DNA of 64,000 nucleotides from contig CAKQSV010000003.1 in NCBI GenBank assembly GCA_934273635.1, positions 44,975 through 108,974 on the forward strand, read 5' to 3'. Made by a program: the position numbers and the translations under genes. Each line of letters begins with the position of its first letter. The first letter of the stretch is position 1. The DNA is from an uncultured Alphaproteobacteria bacterium. GTDB lineage: Bacteria > Pseudomonadota > Alphaproteobacteria > RF32 > CAG-239. Below are positions 50,473-60,889 of this stretch, in pieces. The notes under the pieces were generated by a model. The model had not been told where the DNA came from. It saw only the letters and a program-made list of their open reading frames with translations, and made no database searches.

Positions 50473-50497
50473 CCCCTCGCCTGCTGTTTTTTATCAC

Positions 50498-51883
50498 TCA
50501 GCAACTTAAAGCGTTTTTGGCAATACCCGCCAAAGACGTTTCTTTGTATTCGCTCTTTAGGCTGAGTCCGGTTTCGTACATGGTTTTGATAATACTGTCA
50601 AGGCTGACAATATGGTCGCCGGTGCCCTGCAAAGCTAAGCGCGCGGCATTAACCGCCTTAATCGCGCCCATGGCATTGCGTTCAATACACGGAACTTGCA
50701 CCAAGCCGCAAATTGGGTCGCAGGTTAGTCCCAAGTTGTGTTCCATGGCGATTTCCGCCGCGTTTTCAATTTGTTTGTTATTGCCGCCCAGAGCCGCAAC
50801 CAAACCGCCGGCGGCCATAGAACAAGCCACGCCGACCTCACCCTGACAACCGACTTCGGCACCGGAAATCGAGGCATTGGAACGATAAAGACTGCAAATG
50901 GCCGAGGCGGTCGCCATAAAGATGATGGAGGCGTTCTCCTCTTCTTTGGCGGAGTTAAACTTGCCGTAGCGTTTCATATAGCGCATAACCGCGGGGATGA
51001 TACCGGCAGAACCCATGGTCGGCGCCGTGACCATTTTGCCGCCGGAAGCGTTTTCTTCCGCCACTGCAAAAGCCCAAATATTAATCCAATCAATCGCCGT
51101 GAGCGAATCGGTGCAATTCTGTTCAAAATTAGCCTTTAAGCGTTCGTACATCTCTTTGGCGTGGCGTTTGACTTTCAGCCCGCCGCGCAGATAACCGTCT
51201 TTTTGCAAACCGGCATCAATATTGTCTTGCATAATTTTATCGAGTTTGAGAATATTTTTAACCGGTGAGCAATGATAAATCGCCCGCTCGTTTTGCAAAA
51301 CCAATTCGGCAATCGTCAGTTTGTTGTTGTCACACAGTTTCATCAGCTCTTTGCATGAGTTGAACAAATAAGGCACTTTATATTCCTCACGGTCGACACG
51401 GCGTTCAATCTCGTCTTGGCGGGCAATCGTACCGCCGCCGACTGAAAAATAAGTTTCTTCAAGCACGGTGTTGCCATTGCCGTCTTGCGCCACAAACTTC
51501 ATACCGTTGGAGTGCTCGGGTAAAAAGATTTTCTTTTCAAGCGTGAAGTTTTTATCCATAACAAAAGCAATGTTATGCTCGCCACCCAAGGCCAACTGTC
51601 CGCTCTGTTGCAAATTTTCAATGTAAGGGGTTTGCGGGTCAAACGCCTCGGCCGTCAAGCCCATCAAGCCATACACAATCGCGTCTAAAGTACCGTGTCC
51701 GACACCGGTCAACGCCAATGAGCCGTACAGATAAACTTGTAACGACTGCACGCTTTGCAACTTGTCTTGCGCCCGCAGGTTGTCAACAAAGCGTTTGGCG
51801 GCTTTCATCGGACCAACGGTATGAGAGCTCGAGGGACCGATGCCAATGGCGAAAATCTCAAAAAGGCTGTAATACATAAACAA
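50498..51883 (-). CDS. sdaA: L-serine dehydratase (single-chain, Fe-S)
   Basis: MFMYYSLFEIFAIGIGPSSSHTVGPM N-terminus and conserved Cys-containing blocks. Confidence 0.88.
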   Translation of the reverse strand: MFMYYSLFEIFAIGIGPSSSHTVGPMKAAKRFVDNLRAQDKLQSVQSLQVYLYGSLALTGVGHGTLDAIVYGLMGLTAEAFDPQTPYIENLQQSGQLALGGEHNIAFVMDKNFTLEKKIFLPEHSNGMKFVAQDGNGNTVLEETYFSVGGGTIARQDEIERRVDREEYKVPYLFNSCKELMKLCDNNKLTIAELVLQNERAIYHCSPVKNILKLDKIMQDNIDAGLQKDGYLRGGLKVKRHAKEMYERLKANFEQNCTDSLTAIDWINIWAFAVAEENASGGKMVTAPTMGSAGIIPAVMRYMKRYGKFNSAKEEENASIIFMATASAICSLYRSNASISGAEVGCQGEVGVACSMAAGGLVAALGGNNKQIENAAEIAMEHNLGLTCDPICGLVQVPCIERNAMGAIKAVNAARLALQGTGDHIVSLDSIIKTMYETGLSLKSEYKETSLAGIAKNALSC

Positions 51884-51916
51884 ACTCCTTGTTAAGTGAA
51901 AAAATGCAACCGACGG

Positions 51917-52606
51917 TCAGATAATACCGTGGTCTTTGAAGCTGTAAACGGTGTTTTTGCTGATAATCAGGTGATCGAGCACTTTGATATTAACCAACTT
52001 TGCCGCCTCTGCGACTTGGCGTGTTATGTCAATATCGGCCTTGGAGGGCGTAGTGTCTCCCGACGGGTGATTGTGCGCTAAAATAATGGCGGTTGCGCCG
52101 CTGTTGATTGCCGCTTTGATAACCTCGCGCGGGTGCACCGAAACCTGATTGACCGTGCCGCGTTGCTGCGTCTCCTCGCCAATCAATTTGAGCTTGGCGT
52201 TCAAAAACATAATTCTAAACTCTTCAACCTCGAGCCACCCCATCGCCGCGCGGCAATAATCAACCATAACATCCCAATTAGCAATTACGGGAGCGTCATC
52301 GTTTTGCAGATTTTGCCAACTCATACGCAAAGCGCATTCCTTAACGATTTTAAGCATAGTCGCCGAGTTTTCCTTAATGCCGTCAACTGATTGTAACTCA
52401 TCTACCGAGGCATTGAGCACGCCCGCCAAGCATCCGAACTTTTTGAGCAGGCTTTTCGCCAAAGGTTTAACATCTCGCCTTGGAATCGCAATCATCAACA
52501 ACAGTTCTAAGAACTCGTAGTCAGGCATATCTTTACCGCCACCGGATAAAAATCTGGCGCGCAAGCGTTGGCGATGGCCTATGTAGTCGGGCTCAATCTC
52601 GGTCAT
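51917..52606 (-). CDS. radC: RadC-family JAB/MPN domain protein
   Basis: HNHPSGDTTPS motif and HhH N-terminal region. Confidence 0.85.
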   Translation of the reverse strand: MTEIEPDYIGHRQRLRARFLSGGGKDMPDYEFLELLLMIAIPRRDVKPLAKSLLKKFGCLAGVLNASVDELQSVDGIKENSATMLKIVKECALRMSWQNLQNDDAPVIANWDVMVDYCRAAMGWLEVEEFRIMFLNAKLKLIGEETQQRGTVNQVSVHPREVIKAAINSGATAIILAHNHPSGDTTPSKADIDITRQVAEAAKLVNIKVLDHLIISKNTVYSFKDHGII

Positions 52607-52609
52607 GGC

Positions 52610-53416
52610 TTAGTCTATTTGATACGGATATTTATCCAATCCTTTAGGTGATAAGGTGAAAATCTCATAGCCGTCTTTGGTCACACCCAAAGAGTGCTCG
52701 TATTGAGCCGACAGCGACTTGTCGCGCGTGACGGATGTCCAACCGTCTTGCAAAATCAGCGCGTCGGGCGTGCCGATATTAATCATTGGCTCAATGGTGA
52801 AAAACATCCCCTCTTCCATAATCGGACCGGTGCCTTTTTTGGCAATATGCATCACGTTCGGTTCATCGTGGAACACTTTGCCCACGCCGTGCCCGCAAAA
52901 CATATCAACCACCGAATAGCCGTAGTGGTGAGCGTATTCGGCAATAACGGCGCCGATGTCGCCAAAATGCGCGCCGGGTTTAACAACATCTATACCGCGC
53001 ATCATACACTCATAGGTCACATCGCACAAACGTTTAGCCTTAATTTTCGGCTTGCCGGCGATATACATACGACTGGTGTCGCCGAACCAACCATCCAAAA
53101 TGACGGTCACATCAATATTAAGCATATCGCCATCAACCAATTTGCGTTCATAAGAAGGAATACCGTGGCAAATAACGTGATTGATAGAAATACACACGGT
53201 TTTCGGATAGCCGTGATAGCCGAGGCACGCCGGAATCGCATTGTGCGACAAGATAAACTCGCGACACAAATCGTCTAACTCTCCGGTAGAAACGCCGACT
53301 TTTACATAAGGGGTTATATAATCCAGACACTCAGCCGCCAACTTTCCGGCCTTACGCATACCCTCAAAATCTTCGGCGGCATAAATTTTGATGCCGTCAC
53401 GTCTTTTTAATACCAT
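52610..53416 (-). CDS. map: methionine aminopeptidase type I
   Basis: Pita-bread fold metal ligands (D..D, H, E, E context: CHGIP, GHGVGK, EPM). Confidence 0.9.
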   Translation of the reverse strand: MVLKRRDGIKIYAAEDFEGMRKAGKLAAECLDYITPYVKVGVSTGELDDLCREFILSHNAIPACLGYHGYPKTVCISINHVICHGIPSYERKLVDGDMLNIDVTVILDGWFGDTSRMYIAGKPKIKAKRLCDVTYECMMRGIDVVKPGAHFGDIGAVIAEYAHHYGYSVVDMFCGHGVGKVFHDEPNVMHIAKKGTGPIMEEGMFFTIEPMINIGTPDALILQDGWTSVTRDKSLSAQYEHSLGVTKDGYEIFTLSPKGLDKYPYQID

Positions 53417-53532
53417 TTTTATTGTCCTTCATAATTTCGACTATTGATATGGTTATACTCTAAAATAGATGTAATGCAACAAAAAACTCTCCACACACGG
53501 GAGAGTTTTTCATCAAGGAGAAATTTGTCGGT

Positions 53533-55491
53533 TTACATATCGCGGGACTTGTCCGGAACGATGATGTTTTTGGTCTTTTGAGCCATACGACGCTCGGCTT
53601 TTTGCTGTCTGAGCTTGAGCGCTTTTTCTTTGCGGGCGGCAATTTTCTGCGCCTTGGCTTCGGCATCACCTTTTTCTTTTTTACTAAAGGTTTTGTGCTT
53701 GCGGCGATTGTTCATAGGCTCATGCAAAACGGCATCTTCGTATTTGTCATCAAACATCTGACCGTCAGAAACGCGATAATCTTTATCCCCCGGACGATGA
53801 ATAATAACGTTGTTTTTCTCGCCAATTTTGCGGAGCGGCGTGTAATATTCGTCAATGTACCAATATTCGGTTTTGCCCTCATAAGGCACATCCTCGCTCG
53901 GTTGCAACGGGTTGTAATAAACCTTTTTAACCCCAACCCAAACCGTTGGCTCGGCAACTTTAAGCTCTTCGGTTTTACCTTTGGACAAGCCCAGTTCCTC
54001 GGTGTTGGAGGCCAAATGCGTTGCCAGATGATGTTGCGAGGCAATATCGGCCGTATCCTGACATTGTTGCGGGTTGCCGTGAATCGGAATAATGACGGCT
54101 TTGGGCGCTTGTTTGTGGATGCACTCCATCAGCTCGCCCATAGCCTGCGCGTTGACATGGCCGGAATCCTGCATTTGAACTTCAGCAAAGTTGCCGATTT
54201 TTCTGCCGCTCGGAGTCATCACCACTTTGGCGCCCTTAGAGGCCAACAGTTGCAACATTTTCGGACCGGTTTTGCCGTTAATCTCGTCAATAATGCGTTG
54301 GCGGGCAATGACCAAAACATTGCTGTTAATACGCAAGTCTTTGTGTAAATCAAGCGCCATTTTGGTCGCCGAAGCCATGGGGATGTTGCTGGTGTCAGAG
54401 CGGTTTTGTTCATATTCTTCCAAACCTTGGGCAAAAGCTCCGGTGCAGACAATATATTTGCGACTGATACTCTTATCTGTCAAATATTTATCCAACTTAC
54501 CCTTATAAATAACATCGTCAAAGTCATCATTGCCACTCAGGGTCATGGCCTGATGAACCAAACTCAGCCATTTGCCGTCAAGACAGATTTTGGTGTGCAG
54601 TCGGCGGGCGGTCTCAACATCAATGGCAATGTTTTGCACACTGCGGGAGATGACCGGAGAAATGATAATGTGACGGTCGGCGTTGTCCATAATCGCGCCA
54701 TAAGTGTTGACCACGGCTTGTTCAAAGCCAATACGCTCTTTGCCATGCGGACGGGTTGAGGTGGAATCGAGCTCAATGTGGGTGGTTGGTTTGCGTTTGA
54801 GCAAATCCTGATATTTTTCGGTGGAAAAGCTCTCGCCCACGGGCATATTCTCTTCAGTCAGAAAGTCGCCGTTATTGATGATGCCGGCGCAGGGTTTGTC
54901 TTTGAGAAAAGTCAGGGTATGATAGCCCATGGCGCCAATCACGCTATGGCTGACGGTGAACGGCTCAACAACCATATTGTCACCGATTTTAATGTTATCT
55001 TCGGGCTTGACGGTATCAATGGCAGGCGGCTCTAGCCCCTCTTGCTTGAAAGCCAGACGAACCAACGCGCGGGTAAAACGGCTCGCCTTTATCGGCGGCA
55101 GACGGTAGCCCATTTTGGTATAGTCAATCATGGCGCCGATATGGTCTTCATGCGCGTGGGTCAAAAACAATGCCGAAACAGGTTTGGCTGCCGGAATAAG
55201 CGTGTCGGTTTCATCATCAAATCGCGAAAAATATTCGGTCACATCAGGCAACGCCGAGTTAAAACCACTTTCATAGGGCGTAAACATAGTGCCCAAATCA
55301 AACATCACGCGAGTGGTCTCGCCTTTTTCGTCAGTATGTTCAATAATCGAGCAGTTGCCGCCAATTCGGTCACGGTTGACACCGCCGATAAATTTTAACT
55401 TTGTGCCTGATTTTACAGATTTTTTTGCCATCGCCTCAGCCTCCAAATTTTTATGATGTTCTTTCATAGCACATTTTTTGTCGAAATTCAA
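53533..55491 (-). CDS. rnj: ribonuclease J-like metallo-beta-lactamase/beta-CASP RNase with Lys/Arg-rich C-terminal tail
   Basis: THAHEDHIGA (HxHxDH) motif and N-terminal GG..EIG-like segment. 652 aa including a basic tail of about 60 aa. Confidence 0.6.
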   Translation of the reverse strand: MNFDKKCAMKEHHKNLEAEAMAKKSVKSGTKLKFIGGVNRDRIGGNCSIIEHTDEKGETTRVMFDLGTMFTPYESGFNSALPDVTEYFSRFDDETDTLIPAAKPVSALFLTHAHEDHIGAMIDYTKMGYRLPPIKASRFTRALVRLAFKQEGLEPPAIDTVKPEDNIKIGDNMVVEPFTVSHSVIGAMGYHTLTFLKDKPCAGIINNGDFLTEENMPVGESFSTEKYQDLLKRKPTTHIELDSTSTRPHGKERIGFEQAVVNTYGAIMDNADRHIIISPVISRSVQNIAIDVETARRLHTKICLDGKWLSLVHQAMTLSGNDDFDDVIYKGKLDKYLTDKSISRKYIVCTGAFAQGLEEYEQNRSDTSNIPMASATKMALDLHKDLRINSNVLVIARQRIIDEINGKTGPKMLQLLASKGAKVVMTPSGRKIGNFAEVQMQDSGHVNAQAMGELMECIHKQAPKAVIIPIHGNPQQCQDTADIASQHHLATHLASNTEELGLSKGKTEELKVAEPTVWVGVKKVYYNPLQPSEDVPYEGKTEYWYIDEYYTPLRKIGEKNNVIIHRPGDKDYRVSDGQMFDDKYEDAVLHEPMNNRRKHKTFSKKEKGDAEAKAQKIAARKEKALKLRQQKAERRMAQKTKNIIVPDKSRDM

Positions 55492-55582
55492 GACAAAATA
55501 TAAATATTTTTGTCATTTTATAGCTATTGAAAAAGCCAATTCCGTGATTATTAGAAATATATCAACAAGAAGAGGTAAAAAA

Positions 55583-56068
55583 ATGACCGCTAAACTGAAA
55601 AATTTTTGTTTTTCTTTCTTTATGGTTGCCGTGACCGGCGCGCTGTGCAGTTATTTCACTCGGTGGGGTGTGCGCCACTGGTACAATGATTTTATCAAAC
55701 CCGTATATGTGCCGCCGGCGTGGTTCTTTTCTGTCGCTTGGGGGCTCATCTATGCGCAGATGATTGCTTCATATTATCGAATTTTGAACAGTGGCACGCT
55801 GTTTTTGCACGAGGCCGGACGATTGTTTTTGCTGCAACTTATGTTACAGGTGTTGTGGTGCATTTTGTTTTTCTATAAAGGATTGTTTTTAGCCGCGTTT
55901 CTGGTTATTTTATGGCTTATATTTACGCTCGGGCGCATGATAAGTCTGTTTTTGAAAATTGATGTCGCCGCAGGCGCGCTAAACTTCTTTGGTTTTTTGT
56001 ATGTTTGCTATGCGGCGTTTTTGAGTTTTGCTTTTTTATACGCCAACGGTTATGTGATTAATTTTTAG
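55583..56068 (+). CDS. tspO: TspO/MBR tryptophan-rich sensory protein
   Basis: GAGG RBS. PxWxF...W..LY motif. 5 TM. Confidence 0.8.
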   Translation: MTAKLKNFCFSFFMVAVTGALCSYFTRWGVRHWYNDFIKPVYVPPAWFFSVAWGLIYAQMIASYYRILNSGTLFLHEAGRLFLLQLMLQVLWCILFFYKGLFLAAFLVILWLIFTLGRMISLFLKIDVAAGALNFFGFLYVCYAAFLSFAFLYANGYVINF

Positions 56069-56164
56069 ACTAAAACGTTATCTTTTAACTAGACATCACC
56101 AAAAAAATGGGCTAAAAGTGTGAGGTTTACAAATGTTTACATTTTTTTGGGAAGATTTATAAAA

Positions 56165-58804
56165 ATGACAACGACATTAAAAGATATACGAAACACTTAT
56201 TTGAACTATTTTGCCAGAAACGGGCACAAAATTGTGCCTTCGTCATCTCTGGTTCCCGACAACGACCCTACCCTTATGTTCACCAACTCGGGCATGGTGC
56301 AGTTTAAGAACATTTTTACCGGCAACGAAACCCGCGACTACAAACGAGCGACAACTTCCCAAAAATCTGTTCGAGCCGGCGGAAAACACAACGACCTTGA
56401 CAGCGTTGGTTATGATGTTCGTCACCACACTTTTTTTGAAATGCTCGGCAACTTCTCTTTCGGCGACTATTTTAAGGAAGAGGCGATTAACTACGCTTGG
56501 GAGCTGGTTACTAAAGAATTTTGTATTCCGAAAGAAAAGTTGGCGGTGACGGTTTATCACACCGACGAGGTGGCTCGCAATATCTGGAAAAAAGTTTCGG
56601 GCTTGCCGGAAGACCGCATTATTAACATCGCCACCAAAGACAACTTTTGGCAGATGGGCGACACTGGTCCTTGCGGCTACTGCTCCGAGATTTTTTATGA
56701 CCACGGCGAGCAGGTTTGGGGCGGTCTCCCCGGAACACCTGAGGAAGACGGCGATCGTTGGATTGAAATTTGGAATCTGGTGTTTGATGAGTTTGAAGAC
56801 TTGCCCGACGGCTCTCGCATTGAATTAAAACAAAAGTGCATTGATACCGGCATGGGATTGGAGAGAATGTCCGCCATTTTGCAAGGCGTACACTCCAACT
56901 ACGATATTGACCTGTTCCGCAACCTGATTAAAGACATTGCCGATTTGGCGAACTCTGACCCGTATGGTGCTTTGCAATCTTCTCACAACGTGATTGCCGA
57001 CCACCTGCGCTCCACCTGCTTTTTGATTGCCGACGGCGTATTGCCTTCCAATGAAGGACGCGGCTATGTTTTGCGTCGTATTATGCGCCGCGCTATGCGT
57101 CATATTCAGCTCTTGGGTGTTAAAGAGCCGATGCTCTACAAATTGGTACCGTCTTTGCAGCGTGAGATGGGCGAGGCTTATCCCGAACTTTATCGCGCTC
57201 AGGCATTGATTACCGAAACTATTAAAACCGAAGAAACCCGTTTCATCAAAACCTTAGACAAAGGTCTTAAGATTTTGGATGAAGAAGTAGCCAATTTACA
57301 CGGTAAAAAGATTTTGTCCGGCGACACGGCGTTTAAACTTTATGACACCTATGGTTTTCCGCTTGATTTGACGCAAGACGCCTTGAAAACCCGCAATATT
57401 GAAGTTGATACCAAGGGGTTTGACGCCGCTATGGAAAAACAAAAGGCTGAGGCTCGCAAAAACTGGGCCGGCAGCGGCGATGCCGGTACCGAGAAGGTTT
57501 GGTTCGAGGTACAGGAAAAAGTCGGACACAGCGAATTTTTGGGTTATAACACCCTGCGCGCTGACGCTCAGATAACCGCTTTGGTGGTCAACGGGCAGAT
57601 GATTAACGCCGTTTCAAATGTCGGCGGCGAGTTCTGTCTGATGTCTAACCAAACGCCGTTTTATGCCGAAATGGGCGGTCAATGCGGTGATATTGGTCTG
57701 ATTAGCAACGAAAACACGACTATTCAGGTTTTGGATACTAAGAAAAAGCTAGACGGTGTCGCGGTTCATTACTGCAAGCTGCTTAAGGGCAGCGTTAAGG
57801 TTGGCGACACCCTCACCTTTCAGGTTATGGCTGAAAACCACAAAGCCATTTGCGCCAATCACTCGGTCACCCACCTCGCCCATCGCGCGTTGCGAGATGT
57901 TTTAGGCGACCATGTGGCTCAAAAAGGCTCTTATGTATCCGCTGACAGGATGCGTTTTGATATTTCTCACCCCAAGCAGATTACCGCTGAGGAATTGCGT
58001 CAGGTTGAAAATATTGTCAATCAGGCTATTCGCAAAGATTATGCCGTTACTACGGTATTGATGACGCCTGACGAGGCCATCAAAGAAGGTGCGACCGCTC
58101 TGTTTGGTGAAAAATACGGCGATGTTGTTCGTGTGGTCAGTATGGGCGATGACAAAGAGCTATTCTCTCGTGAGTTGTGCGGCGGTACGCATGTTAAGTC
58201 TACCGGAGAAATCGGCTACTTTAATATTGTGTCAGAATCGGCTGTTGCCGCAGGTATCAGACGTATTGAGTGCGTAACCGGTTGCGGCGCCGAAAAGTTT
58301 GTTCAGGATATTGAAGACAAACTCCACAAAGCCAGCTCCTTGCTCAAGACCAATCCCAATGACTTGGAAAACCGCATTAAGCAGTTGTTGGAAGAAAAGA
58401 AAAAGCTCGAAAATCAGATTTTGGAAATTAAGAAGAGCTTTGTTGCCAACAAAGCTGCTGACAATCAGGACAAGATTGACACAGTCAACGGGGTTAAGTT
58501 TGTGGGTCGCGCTATTCCTAATGTTCACCCCAAAGAGCTGAAGTCGTTTATTGATGAAATCAACGCCTCTATCGGCTCGGGCATTGTGGTTTTGGCGACC
58601 GCTAATGAAGACAACAAAGCCTCGGTGGTAGTGGGCGTTACCAAAGATTTGACAGCCAAATATTCAGCCATTGATTTGGTTAAAATCGCATCCGGCGTTT
58701 TGGGCGGTCAAGGCGGCGGCGGTCGTCCGGATATGGCTCAGGCCGGCGGTCCGAACGGTGAAAAAATCGCCGAAGCCATTGACGCCGTCAAACAGGCTAT
58801 CTAA
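56165..58804 (+). CDS. alaS: alanine--tRNA ligase
   Basis: Class II motifs. WxCxxxHxxxxHxxH-type editing/zinc motifs (HSVTHLAH). C-terminal DHHA1 GGGGRPDMAQ. Confidence 0.93.
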   Translation: MTTTLKDIRNTYLNYFARNGHKIVPSSSLVPDNDPTLMFTNSGMVQFKNIFTGNETRDYKRATTSQKSVRAGGKHNDLDSVGYDVRHHTFFEMLGNFSFGDYFKEEAINYAWELVTKEFCIPKEKLAVTVYHTDEVARNIWKKVSGLPEDRIINIATKDNFWQMGDTGPCGYCSEIFYDHGEQVWGGLPGTPEEDGDRWIEIWNLVFDEFEDLPDGSRIELKQKCIDTGMGLERMSAILQGVHSNYDIDLFRNLIKDIADLANSDPYGALQSSHNVIADHLRSTCFLIADGVLPSNEGRGYVLRRIMRRAMRHIQLLGVKEPMLYKLVPSLQREMGEAYPELYRAQALITETIKTEETRFIKTLDKGLKILDEEVANLHGKKILSGDTAFKLYDTYGFPLDLTQDALKTRNIEVDTKGFDAAMEKQKAEARKNWAGSGDAGTEKVWFEVQEKVGHSEFLGYNTLRADAQITALVVNGQMINAVSNVGGEFCLMSNQTPFYAEMGGQCGDIGLISNENTTIQVLDTKKKLDGVAVHYCKLLKGSVKVGDTLTFQVMAENHKAICANHSVTHLAHRALRDVLGDHVAQKGSYVSADRMRFDISHPKQITAEELRQVENIVNQAIRKDYAVTTVLMTPDEAIKEGATALFGEKYGDVVRVVSMGDDKELFSRELCGGTHVKSTGEIGYFNIVSESAVAAGIRRIECVTGCGAEKFVQDIEDKLHKASSLLKTNPNDLENRIKQLLEEKKKLENQILEIKKSFVANKAADNQDKIDTVNGVKFVGRAIPNVHPKELKSFIDEINASIGSGIVVLATANEDNKASVVVGVTKDLTAKYSAIDLVKIASGVLGGQGGGGRPDMAQAGGPNGEKIAEAIDAVKQAI

Positions 58805-58834
58805 CAACCATAAGCCCAAAGGCTAATGACATAA

Positions 58835-58871
58835 AAAGAACCAATGCGAGAAACGTGTTGGTCTTTTTTTG
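58835..58871 (+). terminator. rho-independent terminator after alaS
   Basis: AAGAACCAA/TTGGTCTT stem plus T8. Confidence 0.5.
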
Positions 58872-59021
58872 TATAATACTTGACATTTCGTCATAAATAC
58901 GTCAAACTGTTGCCTGTAAAAAAATTATGATGAATATTATTAAAGCTTATATGTAAATTAGGTTACTGATAAGCTATTTTGAGTGTGAATTTTTATATGT
59001 CAAACTTAAATTTATAACATT

Positions 59022-59912
59022 ATGAGTAAAAAAATTGCGTGGCTGCTGATTGCTTTAATAGCAATTATTGCAGCGGGTACAAATGTTACTAAACATTCTT
59101 TTGTCAAGGTTGACCCTGGACAGAGAGGTATTAAAAAGCAATGGGGACAAGTTGTGGATTCGTCCTATGTTCCGGGGTTGGTGTGGTATATTCCATATAC
59201 TCAGGATATGGGAAACGAGGTCATAACTATGGATATCAAGCCTCATCGCTATGAATATACCTTTAAGGTTCGAACCAAAGGTTTGCAGCAGATATCCTTA
59301 AAATGCGCCGTATTATGCGAAATGAACGATTCTAAAGTTCATAAGCTGTACGACAAATATCAGGGGTATGACGCCTACGAGCAAAAGGTTATTAAAGATA
59401 TAGTTAACAGCACAATGCTGACCTTGTCTTCCTTAACCGATATTTGGTCTTTTGTGGGACGTGAAGAGTCTATGACTATGGATGCTGTACAATACATTGT
59501 CAACGATCAACTCCTAGTTGACAATTTGGTAAAGGTTAAAACTTTCAGACTTTTGAATTATCAGGCCTCTCCTGAATTTGAAAAGCTGATAGAACAAACC
59601 GCGCAGACTCAGCAAGGCATCAAACTTGAGGAGTATAAAACGAAAATGGCTCAGCAAGCGACAGAGCGCGTCAAGCAAGAAGCTATTCAGGCTTATGAGC
59701 GTTTGGCTGCCGAAGCAAAAGCTAAAGGTTTGGAAGTGCAGATTTTGGCTGAAGCTCTTAAAGGCAATCCGTTTGTGGCGCAGTATGAAATGGCAAAAGC
59801 TTTGCAAAAGTGGAACGGAAATGTTTCATTACCGCAGACTCTTACCATTATGAAAGGTGCTAATGACGGCAGCAATTTTCCGGTCTTTCCTTTTATGAAT
59901 GTCGGTAAGTAA
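59022..59912 (+). CDS. SPFH/band-7 (prohibitin-like) membrane protein
   Basis: N-terminal TM then prohibitin-like domain and C-terminal coiled coil. AT-rich. Confidence 0.7.
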   Translation: MSKKIAWLLIALIAIIAAGTNVTKHSFVKVDPGQRGIKKQWGQVVDSSYVPGLVWYIPYTQDMGNEVITMDIKPHRYEYTFKVRTKGLQQISLKCAVLCEMNDSKVHKLYDKYQGYDAYEQKVIKDIVNSTMLTLSSLTDIWSFVGREESMTMDAVQYIVNDQLLVDNLVKVKTFRLLNYQASPEFEKLIEQTAQTQQGIKLEEYKTKMAQQATERVKQEAIQAYERLAAEAKAKGLEVQILAEALKGNPFVAQYEMAKALQKWNGNVSLPQTLTIMKGANDGSNFPVFPFMNVGK

Positions 59913-59940
59913 TTTGTTTAACTCTTAAAATTGATTTAAT

Positions 59941-60429
59941 ATGTTGTATTTAAGCATTGTAGCAATCGTGATTATTTTAGCGATTGCTTATAAAAATGAG
60001 TTAAAGTCTTTTTTCGGAGAACTGAAGTCCCGAAAAAAAGAAGTTTCAACATCCCGTTCGGCGGTAAATGACAGTAAAAATAATAACAAAGGTATATCGT
60101 TTTGTTTTTGCGTTATAGCTTTTGTAATTAGTTTTATTTTGGGAACTCTGTTCGGAATTTTTGGGTTTGCGCCTAAACCAGATGATACGGAATTGCCGAT
60201 AAAAGAGCGTGTAGTGACTATCTTAGGTATTGGAGAGAATAGCAATAACGGCTGCGTATATGTAAAATTCTCTGATGGGCATGCCTTAAAAACAGGTGTG
60301 AATTTTAAAGATAATACTAAATGGGTGTTGGCAAGAGAAGGTGACAAGGTTCGTAAATTGATTTATGCCAACAAAGAGCCGGAGTATACGCCTGAATTTG
60401 ATGATAATAAAGACGAGGCTACAAAGTAA
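59941..60429 (+). CDS. small membrane protein, possibly a short NfeD-like partner of the SPFH protein
   Basis: Two TM helices plus C-terminal beta-rich segment (VVTILGIGE...VYVKFSDG...WVLAREGDKV). Confidence 0.4.
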   Translation: MLYLSIVAIVIILAIAYKNELKSFFGELKSRKKEVSTSRSAVNDSKNNNKGISFCFCVIAFVISFILGTLFGIFGFAPKPDDTELPIKERVVTILGIGENSNNGCVYVKFSDGHALKTGVNFKDNTKWVLAREGDKVRKLIYANKEPEYTPEFDDNKDEATK

Positions 60430-60435
60430 CTAAGC

Positions 60436-60474
60436 AAAAAAAACAGCTGATAAAAAATATCAGCTGTTTTTTTA
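60436..60474 (+). terminator. strong rho-independent terminator
   Basis: 11-bp stem AACAGCTGATA/TATCAGCTGTT plus T8. Confidence 0.65.
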
Positions 60475-60495
60475 TGCTGTGAGAGAGCGTGCCTT

Positions 60496-60795
60496 TTGCT
60501 AAATCAATTAATTCAGCCAAGACAACATCAGTATAATTACTTTTTGCAAAAACAGCATTATAGATTAGCCTTATGGAAAAAAGGCAAAACGATATCCGAT
60601 GAGCCGGATATCGTTATTGACCGAGGATATTTATGGCTTCCTGAAGAAAAAAATGCAGATTATATTTACGATTTTGCCAATGAAAATCATTTTTGTCGTT
60701 TTATTAGCCATACAATCGGTCCTATTGACCAACCACGATACGATATTACATTATATAAAATGCAATTTTCTGAGTATCCTAAAGTTTATGAATAA
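60496..60795 (+). CDS. hypothetical 99-aa protein
   Basis: ORF only. AT-rich. No family recognised. Confidence 0.3.
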   Translation: MLNQLIQPRQHQYNYFLQKQHYRLALWKKGKTISDEPDIVIDRGYLWLPEEKNADYIYDFANENHFCRFISHTIGPIDQPRYDITLYKMQFSEYPKVYE

Positions 60796-60889
60796 CAACT
60801 TGGTTATTCATAGAATTTACCTTGTAAAGTAAACATAATTTTTGCATCATTACGGAATTGATTGTTATCCCGAATAAGTACATTATTTG

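Noticed and set aside
53578-54348. 256-aa plus-strand ORF
   Set aside because: Antisense to the RNase J-like gene.
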